From positions 1 to 33,444 of IMG/VR virus record IMGVR_UViG_3300040971_000039: a stretch of 33,444 nucleotides of DNA. One strand, given 5' to 3'. Both the position numbers and the translations under genes were made by a program. Source of the DNA: a virus (lineage: Duplodnaviria > Caudoviricetes). Below the pieces are notes generated by a model, which did not search any database, had not been told where the DNA came from, and worked only from the letters and a program-made list of their open reading frames with translations. Shown here piece after piece: positions 25,433 through 33,444 of this stretch. Within the stretch, counting starts at the first letter, position 1. Every line of letters begins with the position of its first letter.

Positions 25433-26617
25433 ATGGCTGCTAACTCGATTACTTACGCTGCAATATTCATGCAGACACTTGATAAGAAGATGACTCAACT
25501 GCTCACTTCTTCCGCAATGGAACTTAATGAAAATCTCGTTAAGTATAACGGTGGGTCTGAGATTAAGATCCCAAAGATGTCTATGGTTGGACTTGCTGAC
25601 TATAGCAGGGAAACTGGTTTCACCGCTGGTGCTGTAACCCTTAGTTGGGAAACTCGACAGCTTACCAAGGACAGAGGGCGTGAGTTCTCCATTGACGCTA
25701 TGGACGTTGACGAATCTAATTTTGTCGCAACCGCCGGTAATGTCATGGGCGAGTTCCAGCGCACTAAGGTTGCACCAGAGATTGACGCATATCGTTACTC
25801 TACCATCTTTGGCTATGCCAACACCGCTTTGAAAACAGCATCTTATACTCTCTCTGATGCAACAATCTTTGAGCAGTTGGTTGGCGACATTGCAACCGTG
25901 CAGGACATTGTTGGTGAGAGTGAGACCATGACCATCTACATGAGCTATGCTGCCGCTAAGACTCTTGACCTTGCAGACAAGGTTGTAAAGCGTCTTGACG
26001 TTGGTGACTTTGCCATGGGTGGCGTGAATGTAAAGCTCAAGGCGCTTGACGGTATTCCTATCGTTCGTGTTCCTAGCGCTCGGTTCAAATCTGCCTTTAC
26101 CTTTGGCTCTGATGGGTATGCAACTACCGCAACCTCTATGGGTATCAACTGGATCATCGCCGTTAATCGTTCGCTGATTGCTGTATCTAAGCAGGATAAG
26201 ATGCGTATCTTTAACCCCGATACCAACCAGGATGCAGATGCTTATAAATTGCAGTATCGCCGATACCACGACCTGTTTATCACCGACAACGGTGTCGATG
26301 GGCTTTTTGTATCCTATACCGCAATCGCCGCTCCTGCATTGACCGCAACTGTAGCCGCCGCAACTGGAACCGGCAATACTAGTTTCACTGCAACCGCTAC
26401 CACTGGCAACACTTTGGGCTATATCCTTGGTGCCGCTTCTCCTGGTGTGCTGTATAACGAACTGCTGACCAAGTATTCTACCGCTGTTGAGCCATATGTT
26501 TCTGGTACTGCATTCGCCGCCGCTATCGGGCAGGTTCTTACCATGCTTGAGGTTGACACTCTTGGGCGTATCGTAAAGGTCAAAGAAGTAACTCTTATTT
26601 CTGCTGACATCACCTAG
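25433..26617 (+). CDS. major capsid protein with ~95-aa C-terminal extension
   Basis: GGSEIKIPKM...GLADYSR..GF, DRGREFSIDAMDVDE, PEIDAYR, YRRYHDLF. Confidence 0.92.
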   Translation: MAANSITYAAIFMQTLDKKMTQLLTSSAMELNENLVKYNGGSEIKIPKMSMVGLADYSRETGFTAGAVTLSWETRQLTKDRGREFSIDAMDVDESNFVATAGNVMGEFQRTKVAPEIDAYRYSTIFGYANTALKTASYTLSDATIFEQLVGDIATVQDIVGESETMTIYMSYAAAKTLDLADKVVKRLDVGDFAMGGVNVKLKALDGIPIVRVPSARFKSAFTFGSDGYATTATSMGINWIIAVNRSLIAVSKQDKMRIFNPDTNQDADAYKLQYRRYHDLFITDNGVDGLFVSYTAIAAPALTATVAAATGTGNTSFTATATTGNTLGYILGAASPGVLYNELLTKYSTAVEPYVSGTAFAAAIGQVLTMLEVDTLGRIVKVKEVTLISADIT

Positions 26618-26624
26618 TATTAAC

Positions 26625-26644
26625 GGGAGGGGGAAACCCCTCCC
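26625..26644 (+). terminator. hairpin after major capsid gene
   Basis: GGGAGGGG-GAAA-CCCCTCCC followed by TGTATT. Confidence 0.7.
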
Positions 26645-26666
26645 TGTATTCCTATAAGGAGGGATT

Positions 26667-26843
26667 ATGCTTTACAAACTTACTCTAGGAACCCTATCAC
26701 GGATACGAAAAACTAAAAAAGAAATTGATGAACTTATCGAACAGGGCTACACCCTAGACGGTGAAGTGAATGAAAAATACGAAGTTATCGACGCCAATCC
26801 GGTGTTTGATGCACCGAAACCTAAGACAAAGAAGCAGAAATGA
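26667..26843 (+). CDS. 58-aa hypothetical protein (MLYKLTLGTLSRIRKTKKEIDELIEQGY...)
   Basis: Hand-translated; AAGGAGG RBS; typical post-capsid small gene. Confidence 0.7.
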   Translation: MLYKLTLGTLSRIRKTKKEIDELIEQGYTLDGEVNEKYEVIDANPVFDAPKPKTKKQK

Positions 26844-26870
26844 TACTTTATACAGCTGGAGGGTATGTAA

Positions 26871-27302
26871 ATGGGCGTATATGACGAATTAACTTGGGAA
26901 CAACTGCTAGCAGACCCGACAGTATCACCCTCTATAGGTTTCATTGACCTTGATTACTATCGTGATATTTACCACGGTGAGACTGCTACTGACGATGAGT
27001 TGACCAAGCTTATCATAAGGGCTACAGATGATATCAACGCAAAATGCAACTGGCAGATTGACGATATCGGTGAGTATGCCGTTATCATCAAAAACCTGGT
27101 GTACAAGGCAACTGCGGCACAGGTTGAATGGTATGTTCTCAATGGCAACACATACAACGACGACACAATAGGGGACGTTGCCATTTCAAAGTTTTCGTAT
27201 AGCGGGACTATCAAAGGATCGTCAAAGAACAACCTTTGCTCACGTGCCAACATGTATCTTGAGCAAACAGGACTGACTTTTAGAGGTGTCTATTGTGGCT
27301 AG
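26871..27302 (+). CDS. head-tail connector (adaptor)
   Basis: FIDLDYY, RATDDIN, KATAAQVEW, YLEQTGLTFRGV; synteny. Confidence 0.8.
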   Translation: MGVYDELTWEQLLADPTVSPSIGFIDLDYYRDIYHGETATDDELTKLIIRATDDINAKCNWQIDDIGEYAVIIKNLVYKATAAQVEWYVLNGNTYNDDTIGDVAISKFSYSGTIKGSSKNNLCSRANMYLEQTGLTFRGVYCG

Positions 27303-27621
27303 ACCAATACCACGCCGACTGCTGATACATACCGTTACCTTGTCTTCTGTTACCGGTGTTGACATGTACGGCAATGAAACGGTTACGACAACTACCATTA
27401 ATAGGGTTAGGCTAGAGCCTGTAGACAGGACTGCACTTAGCACGTACGGTGAAGGAAAGGACGACAAATACTTGCTTATATGGGATAGAGTACATTCTAC
27501 ACCAGCGACATTTAAGCAGTTGGACAAGGTTACATATGACGGCGTAGTGCTTACAGTGCGAGAGGTTTTTATGGCATCGGACGAGAAGGGCTTGCACCAT
27601 TTGGAGATATATTTGACATGA
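27286..27621 (+). CDS. head closure protein (Minor_capsid_1-like)
   Basis: PIPRRLLIHTVTL...HHLEIYL; synteny. Confidence 0.8.
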   Translation: MSIVARPIPRRLLIHTVTLSSVTGVDMYGNETVTTTTINRVRLEPVDRTALSTYGEGKDDKYLLIWDRVHSTPATFKQLDKVTYDGVVLTVREVFMASDEKGLHHLEIYLT

Positions 27622-27947
27622 CAATAGATTTCAACGTTGCAAAGATAGCTACAAAGTTAAAAGCGCATATAAGCACATTACAGCCTATTTTGGATATGCA
27701 AGTACTCAAAGATAGCAATTACTATGCACCGATGGATACTGGTAACTTGATGTCCTCTGGTATCACTGGCTCGAATATTGGAAGTGGTCAACTTTTATGG
27801 ACTGCACCCTACGCCAAGAAAATGTACTACGGCGTCGGCTATAACTTCTCAAAGGACTCAAACCCGAACGCACAAGCAAAATGGTTCGAGAAGGCAAAGG
27901 CAACGAAGATAGGAAACTGGAGGAAAATAATCAATGCGAATAGTTGA
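27618..27947 (+). CDS. neck protein (Minor_capsid_2-like)
   Basis: DSNYYAPMDTGNL, TAPYAKKMYYG, AKWFEKAK. Confidence 0.85.
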   Translation: MTIDFNVAKIATKLKAHISTLQPILDMQVLKDSNYYAPMDTGNLMSSGITGSNIGSGQLLWTAPYAKKMYYGVGYNFSKDSNPNAQAKWFEKAKATKIGNWRKIINANS

Positions 27948-28323
27948 CGCTCTGGCTACATACATACAGAATCACAGCACCGTTACTATTACTGATGTTG
28001 ACACCTTCTACACCGATGCTTCAGAGCGTTTCATGTTGCTCCAAGACCCTGCACAAGCTGTTGAGTCTAGATACATGGATCGTTCACGTATCGGGCAATT
28101 CGCATACTCAATGTATGCAAAAAGCCTCAACGCTCAAACCGCAGTTGCTGACTTGTACGAATTAGAGAAACTTCTTGACCTACCGCACGGACTACAACTC
28201 GAAAGCGGTATACAAATAGTGAAAAATGTTCTTGTTACGCCAAGTCACTTTGTGACAAAGACGGACAAGAACGAAAAAATATACACATCAAGTTTTTTGC
28301 TTGATTATTACATGGAGGGCTAA
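27934..28323 (+). CDS. tail terminator-like protein (Minor_capsid_3-like)
   Basis: RYMD.SR motif; position before the major tail gene. Confidence 0.7.
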   Translation: MRIVDALATYIQNHSTVTITDVDTFYTDASERFMLLQDPAQAVESRYMDRSRIGQFAYSMYAKSLNAQTAVADLYELEKLLDLPHGLQLESGIQIVKNVLVTPSHFVTKTDKNEKIYTSSFLLDYYMEG

Positions 28324-28326
28324 TTT

Positions 28327-29046
28327 ATGTTTAATTGTTCCATTCCTCTCAATTATGAATCTCTTCTTGAGATTGATGTCAACTACGGTGGCACCCCTAG
28401 CTGGAAAGCTCTTTCAGTCGGTGTCAAGAATATCGCTCCTGCACTCAATGAGTCTGTGGCTCAAGACTCCTACTATGACGGAAAGGGCTTCGCAGAGTCT
28501 CAGGTAGTAGGCGCACAATACGTGCTTGCAGTTACTTTGGATCGTATCAAAGGCGATGCTGCACAGGATTACATTCTTGCAAAGCAGTTCGAGCTTGGTT
28601 GTTCTCGTGCTTCACAGGCTCGTTACACCAACTTTCAAGGCGACACCAAGACCGGTATCGTGACGATTGCGAACATTACGCCTCCTGGTGGAGATGCTCC
28701 TGCAAAGGGCGAGTGGTCGTTTGAGTTGCATTTCAAGGCAAAGCCTGTATTGGCACTTGCTACCTCTGCTCCTGCTCTTACTGCAATCGTAGCCGCTGGT
28801 TCTGTATCTGGCTCTACCAAGTTCACCTCCACCCCTGGTGGCACAAATACCTTGGGTTATATCTTGACTCCTGGCGTGCCTACTGCTCCAAACGCTGGAA
28901 GTTTCGTACAGGCACTAGCCTATACTTCCGGTGCCAACATTGCCGCAGTAGCTGGGCAGAGTTTGAACATGTTCGAGTTGGACGCTAACAAGCGTGTCGT
29001 GCTGTTCAAGACCGCTGTACTTTCCGCCGTTGAGATAATGGCGTAA
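28327..29046 (+). CDS. major tail protein with C-terminal extension
   Basis: W..L..G..NI.P.LNE....SYYDG.G..ES.V.G, RIKGDAAQDYI, GGDA..KG..SFELHF..KP. Confidence 0.85.
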   Translation: MFNCSIPLNYESLLEIDVNYGGTPSWKALSVGVKNIAPALNESVAQDSYYDGKGFAESQVVGAQYVLAVTLDRIKGDAAQDYILAKQFELGCSRASQARYTNFQGDTKTGIVTIANITPPGGDAPAKGEWSFELHFKAKPVLALATSAPALTAIVAAGSVSGSTKFTSTPGGTNTLGYILTPGVPTAPNAGSFVQALAYTSGANIAAVAGQSLNMFELDANKRVVLFKTAVLSAVEIMA

Positions 29047-29055
29047 ATCGTAATT

Positions 29056-29075
29056 GGGGAGGGTAAAACCTCCCC
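29056..29075 (+). terminator. hairpin after major tail gene
   Basis: GGGGAGG-GTAAAA-CCTCCCC. Confidence 0.6.
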
Positions 29076-29097
29076 TACTATAAAAAAGGATTAAATA

Positions 29098-29424
29098 ATG
29101 AAAACAATTGATTTTAAGAAGCGTTCAGAAGATATCGAGATTGCCGGTGTTGTGTACAGTGTCGAAGTAAGCAACTATGACTTTATCAAGAAAGCAAAGA
29201 CTTTCGTAATCGAGCTTGAAGCGTCAAAAAACAAGATGATGGAAACAGAGGATATTGACGACATGCTTTTGTGCATCAAGAAATTGGTGGACTTTGTACT
29301 CAAGGATTACGACCGCATTTGGGAAGCCGCAGGACACGATATTTACAATATGCTGGATGTTGCCGTTGCGATTAGTGAAGTGATATCAACAGGGCTTGAA
29401 TACAAGATGGGGAAATATCTGTAA
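29098..29424 (+). CDS. tail assembly chaperone
   Basis: Synteny between major tail and Gp15-like genes. Confidence 0.7.
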   Translation: MKTIDFKKRSEDIEIAGVVYSVEVSNYDFIKKAKTFVIELEASKNKMMETEDIDDMLLCIKKLVDFVLKDYDRIWEAAGHDIYNMLDVAVAISEVISTGLEYKMGKYL

Positions 29425-29963
29425 TGTTCAATCCGCTCTTGGATGAGTTGCCTACTTCCTACGGTGGCTATAAATTAAACACCGACTTTAGGCAACCTGT
29501 CAAGTTCTTTGCAATGCTACGTGATCCAGAAATTGACGAAACAGAAAAGGCTGTTGTGGCGGTGTTGCAATTCTTCCCTTCTGCTGACGTGTACAAAGAT
29601 TTAGGAATGTTGCTAGAGTACATTCCGCAGTACATCAACCGTGGGGTTGAAGCAAAAGAAAGCAAGGACGACCCTGTTTTTGACCTGTTGGAAGATTCAG
29701 AACGCATATACGCCGCTTTTATGCAAGTGTATCACATTGACCTTATGACTGTTTCTTTGCACTGGTGGACGTTCCTAAGCTTATTGGACAACTTGCCGGA
29801 CTGTACGAAGCTATCAGAGGTTGTTGGGATTAGGGCACAGAAGATACCAAAGGGAGCTGATAAGAATTGGGCTTCTAGTATGCGCCGATTGAAAGACGCT
29901 TATGCACTAGGCAAACAGAAAACGGTGGGCGAGAAACTACAGGATATTTGGGAGGCATTTTAA
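29424..29963 (+). CDS. Gp15-like tail assembly protein
   Basis: LNTDFR, D.ERIYAAF.QVYHIDL, LHWWTFLSLL..L, IR, LK..YAL. Confidence 0.85.
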   Translation: MFNPLLDELPTSYGGYKLNTDFRQPVKFFAMLRDPEIDETEKAVVAVLQFFPSADVYKDLGMLLEYIPQYINRGVEAKESKDDPVFDLLEDSERIYAAFMQVYHIDLMTVSLHWWTFLSLLDNLPDCTKLSEVVGIRAQKIPKGADKNWASSMRRLKDAYALGKQKTVGEKLQDIWEAF

Positions 29964-32860
29964 TGGCTGATGGGACAATCGTAATTGATACGAGTATAGA
30001 CAAAAAAAAGATTGACTCTCAAGTAAGCTCGATTAAGAGCAATATAACCACTGGTTTTAAAGCGGCGGCTAAAGCTGGAGCTATTGCGCTTGCTGGAATT
30101 ACCGCTGCTATTGGTGCTGTTGCTGGTGCGTCTGTAAAAATTGCCGCTACCGCCGATAGAGTAGACAAATTATCTCAAAAGATAGGACTGAGCCGAACAG
30201 CTTTCCAGGAGTGGGACTTCATTCTTTCGCAAAGTGGCGCCAGTGTTGACGGATTGCAGATGTCTCTTAAGACTCTTTCTAACGGTGCGGCAAAAGCTAA
30301 AGACGGAACTGCTGAATATGCGGATGAGTTTAAGCGACTAGGTGTACAGGTCACCGACACCAACGGAAATCTAAAGAGTAGCGAGGTTTTATTTAATGAG
30401 GTTTTCGGTGCGTTGTCAAACATGACAGACGAAACCCAACGAACTGCAACGGCTTCTAAGTTGTTAGGGCGTTCTGCAACTGAGCTTGCACCTGCAATGA
30501 ATGGCGGTTCTGACGCTATCGAAGCAATGAGAGAACAGGCGCATGAACTTGGGCTTGTGCTTGGTGATGATATTGTAGATGCTGGCGTCAAATTAACAGA
30601 CTCAATAGACCAACTGAAACGCATGGGTACGTCTCTGATGGCTAATTTTCTAGGCCCTGTACTTCCTTATATTGATGCAATAGTACAAGGCTTGATTGAC
30701 ATGATTAACGGTGTTGATGGCGCAGCAAAAGCTTTCGGCGAGAAGATGAGCGACGTTATACAAATTATCATTGACAAGATTGTTGCATTCCTGCCACAGG
30801 CTTTTTCATATGGTGGTAAAATCATAGTTGAAATGGCGAAGGGAATTATTACTGCGCTCCCTACGATAGTTGAACAGTTATCCTATATGCTAGGCTATCT
30901 CATCGGTGTAATATCGGTGAAGTTGCCAGAGTTCTTGCAGAAAGGCAAGGATTTTATACTGAATCTTATTGATGGTATGAATGAGGATAGCGAGGGGTTG
31001 TTAAGCAATCTCGGTGCTATGGTATCCGGTCTAGTGACTTGGTTACTTGACAATGCCAAAGATTTTATAGTCGGTGGTGCTGAAATAGTCGCTAAGATTA
31101 TACAGGGTATTTATGAAAATGGGCCGTTGGTACTTGCTGAAATAAACAGGATTGTAACGTCTGCACTACAGTGGATTACAGACAATGCACCGGACATGAT
31201 ACAAAGCGGAATTGAACTAGTCACTAATTTAGCACAAGGAATACTAACCTCTATACCTCTCATAGTTGCAGAAATTGCTAATATTTTAAGCACTGTACTT
31301 TCTTGGATTACAACTAATGCACCAGATTTCATTGCAAGTGGGATTGAATTGGTTGCAAATTTGGCTAAGGGGGTATTAGATTCTATACCTCTCATAGTTG
31401 ATGAGATAGCAAATATTGTTGGTACGATTGTCTCATGGATAACTGCAAATGCTCCCGACATGGTAGCAAGCGGAATTGAGTTGATTACAAACCTTATACA
31501 AGGTATTGCAAACAGCATACCTGCTATAGTATCGAAGCTTACAGAAATTATTGGTGCAATGATTAAATGGTTTGCTGACAACGCTCCCGATCTAATTGTA
31601 TCCGGTGCGTTGCTTGTAGCAAAGCTTATTGTTGGTATCATTAACGCTATTCCCACCATAGTAACCGCAGGGCTTGACCTTATCGCCGGTTTAGCAAAAG
31701 CACTTGTTGATAGTTGGCCTACTCTCAAAGAGAAAGGGAAAGAAGCTGTAGGGAAACTAATTGAGGGCTTGAAGGAATCTGCTGGCAATATTTCAAGTGA
31801 AGCTATAGCAATGGGTAGTAAAATAATAAGTGGTATTATATATGGAACAATGAACCTTAAAACCAGAGCACTTGAGATACTGAAAGCTATTCCAGATGCA
31901 ATCAAAGAAAAGACTAAAGATGTTATTGACGGTGCAAAGGCTATCGGGGTTAATCTGATTGATGGATTTATCACAGGATTTGAGTCGATTAAAGACAAGG
32001 TAAGAGATAAAATCATGGCTTTCTTTGACTTGATACCAGAAGGAATACGTAAACTCCTTGGCATTGCTTCGCCGTCCAAAGTGACCAAGAAGATTGGTGG
32101 ATACTTTGCAGAAGGTTTCGCCGATGGTATCGAGGATGGTAAAACCGGTGTCATGCGCAGTGCAGAAGACATTGCAGAGATAGCAGTTGAAACGGTTGAA
32201 GCGTCTGTACCAGATGCTAAAGTTGCAGGGACTAACCTAGCCAACGCCGTTGACCAAGGGGTTAAAGATAAAAAACCGGCAATTAGCGCAACATGGAAAA
32301 GTGTACTTGATGACATGTCAACCAACACCACAACTTGGGTTGGAACAATACAGAGCGTGATTGGAACATTAAAAGGCGCATTTGCCTCCACCATGCAAGA
32401 TATCGGAGAAGCAATCGCAACGGGTGGCTTATCTTGGGATATCTTCGCAAAGGCAGGGCTGAATGCGCTTGCGGACGTGCTTGCTGCAATAGGGCAACAG
32501 CTTACAGCTATGGCAGTCTTGAAGCTTGTACAGTGGGATTGGTCGGGTGCGGCAATCGCAGGAGCAGGCGCCGCCGCCGCTTTTGTGGCATCCGGTTATA
32601 TATCAAGCAAAGCCGCCTCTTATGACGTCGGTGGAATCATTGACCGTGACCAGCTTGCCAACATACACCAGGGCGAAACAATCCTCCCCAAGGGCATAAC
32701 AGCCGACATGAAAAGTGCTGGATTAATGATACAACCTCTAGGGCGCAACAGTGCGACTTCCCCGACAATGTATGGTATAATCAATCTAGACGGTAGGGAG
32801 ATAGCAAGGGCGGTTTTTAAGCACACTGATAGCAATGTTGGGTTGGCATACACAGGATGA
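29963..32860 (+). CDS. tape measure protein
   Basis: MADGTIVIDTSID start (ATG 29963, GGAGG RBS); Ala/Gly/Ile-rich helical sequence; ~44-aa repeats W.T.NAPD....GIEL..NL..G; C-terminal INLDGREIARAV. Confidence 0.92.
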   Translation: MADGTIVIDTSIDKKKIDSQVSSIKSNITTGFKAAAKAGAIALAGITAAIGAVAGASVKIAATADRVDKLSQKIGLSRTAFQEWDFILSQSGASVDGLQMSLKTLSNGAAKAKDGTAEYADEFKRLGVQVTDTNGNLKSSEVLFNEVFGALSNMTDETQRTATASKLLGRSATELAPAMNGGSDAIEAMREQAHELGLVLGDDIVDAGVKLTDSIDQLKRMGTSLMANFLGPVLPYIDAIVQGLIDMINGVDGAAKAFGEKMSDVIQIIIDKIVAFLPQAFSYGGKIIVEMAKGIITALPTIVEQLSYMLGYLIGVISVKLPEFLQKGKDFILNLIDGMNEDSEGLLSNLGAMVSGLVTWLLDNAKDFIVGGAEIVAKIIQGIYENGPLVLAEINRIVTSALQWITDNAPDMIQSGIELVTNLAQGILTSIPLIVAEIANILSTVLSWITTNAPDFIASGIELVANLAKGVLDSIPLIVDEIANIVGTIVSWITANAPDMVASGIELITNLIQGIANSIPAIVSKLTEIIGAMIKWFADNAPDLIVSGALLVAKLIVGIINAIPTIVTAGLDLIAGLAKALVDSWPTLKEKGKEAVGKLIEGLKESAGNISSEAIAMGSKIISGIIYGTMNLKTRALEILKAIPDAIKEKTKDVIDGAKAIGVNLIDGFITGFESIKDKVRDKIMAFFDLIPEGIRKLLGIASPSKVTKKIGGYFAEGFADGIEDGKTGVMRSAEDIAEIAVETVEASVPDAKVAGTNLANAVDQGVKDKKPAISATWKSVLDDMSTNTTTWVGTIQSVIGTLKGAFASTMQDIGEAIATGGLSWDIFAKAGLNALADVLAAIGQQLTAMAVLKLVQWDWSGAAIAGAGAAAAFVASGYISSKAASYDVGGIIDRDQLANIHQGETILPKGITADMKSAGLMIQPLGRNSATSPTMYGIINLDGREIARAVFKHTDSNVGLAYTG

Positions 32861-33150
32861 GAATATATATAAATGATATAGAATATCGACTGACAAACAA
32901 CGCCGAAATAGTAGAGCAAGCCGGTGCAACGGCTGTAATGAGCGCAACAATTCTGATTGAGGAGCAGAGAATACCGGAGCCTTTTGATCGTGTAGAAATT
33001 GAAGACGGTGGGGGCAGTGCTGGTTTTGATAGTTTTGAGAACGGTGTAAGAGATAATACGGTGGTACTTGACGGCGTTTTGTCGCTAAAGAAAGATATTG
33101 ACGGCACATGGAATCAGTGGGATTCCTTAGCGTGGGAGGATATAGCATGA
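32857..33150 (+). CDS. 97-aa protein, probable N-terminal part of the tail hub protein
   Basis: ATGA overlap with the TMP stop; MRIYIND...PEPFDRVEIEDG resembles the start of tail-hub proteins, whose next motif (VFFGVV) lies in ORF 2278-3855. Confidence 0.6.
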   Translation: MRIYINDIEYRLTNNAEIVEQAGATAVMSATILIEEQRIPEPFDRVEIEDGGGSAGFDSFENGVRDNTVVLDGVLSLKKDIDGTWNQWDSLAWEDIA

Positions 33151-33444
33151 GTTTAGTTTTGACAAGAGAGAACCTGGCTAACCAGATAGCCGACGATTTG
33201 GCGACAAGAAACGCTAACGCCGGGCTGATAGAGGACGCCGTTAACGCCAAGGCAGAGAGCGCTGAGGTTGATGACCATGAGGGCAGGATTGACACGCTAG
33301 AAAGCGACCTCGGCGATGCTGAGATAGCCATTGCTGATTTGGAGACAGAAAAAGAAAATCTCTCCAACAAACTCACCGCCTTCCAAGCCACACCTGATGA
33401 TGTGCATTACATCACGGAGAAGTTGGCGAAGGATAGTTTGGATG
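33147..33444 (+). CDS. 5' part of a ~137-aa coiled-coil protein (MSLVLTRENLANQ...) spanning the circular junction; probable tail-associated protein
   Basis: ATG at 33147 overlaps the upstream stop (ATGA) with GGAGG upstream. The frame is open and continues into 1-243. Heptad-like RIDTLESDLGDAEIAIADLETEK. Confidence 0.8.
   Translation, partial: MSLVLTRENLANQIADDLATRNANAGLIEDAVNAKAESAEVDDHEGRIDTLESDLGDAEIAIADLETEKENLSNKLTAFQATPDDVHYITEKLAKDSLD
33318..33444. repeat. 127-bp terminal direct repeat, right copy
   Basis: Identical to 1-127. Confidence 0.95.

Noticed and set aside
29400-29430. Programmed -1 frameshift between tail chaperones at G GGG AAA
   Set aside because: The -1 frame is open into the next gene, but the heptamer does not fit X XXY YYZ in phase, and the TAATG overlap already explains expression. 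Not excluded.
31150-31600. DNA repeats within the tape measure gene
   Set aside because: Ordinary ~44-aa TMP repeats.
31111-32394. Long antisense ORFs (427 aa here; also 8839-9573, 15790-16539, 25340-26269)
   Set aside because: They are shadows of well-supported genes on the opposite strand, with no RBS or motifs.
1-33444. Stop-codon reassignment
   Set aside because: Core genes are full length and densely packed under the standard bacterial code.

Overview
The window is an apparently complete, circularly assembled ~33.3 kb tailed-phage (siphovirus-type) genome. Bases 1-127 are identical to 33318-33444, which gives a unit length of 33,317 bp. Modules: (i) tail tip and receptor-binding genes (32857 across the origin to 5221); (ii) a lysis-type cassette with holin-like and spanin-like genes but no recognisable endolysin (5233-7440); (iii) a leftward early/replication operon with Lar-like, AAA_24, DUF669 SSB, DUF5664, YopX, PD-(D/E)XK nuclease, C5 methyltransferase and SF2 helicase genes (7477-14892); (iv) a rightward Cro-like HTH and primase-helicase followed by an iteron-like origin (14981-17250); (v) a ~500 nt structured-RNA region; (vi) small genes and VRR-NUC; (vii) an A118/SPP1-like packaging, head and tail module (20190-32860). 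I recognise no integrase, CI-like repressor, DNA polymerase or reverse transcriptase. Most notable: a 78-nt mini-tmRNA made only of the tRNA-like domain with no tag reading frame, beside a tRNA-like RNA with a replaced anticodon arm; a GC-rich ~2.5 kb cassette that appears to split the tail-hub gene and carries a DGR-type target gene with no template or RT in the genome; a spanin-containing lysis cassette with a metallophosphoesterase where the endolysin is expected; and over-representation of ACCGGT. All family assignments are from motif recognition by eye, not database searches.
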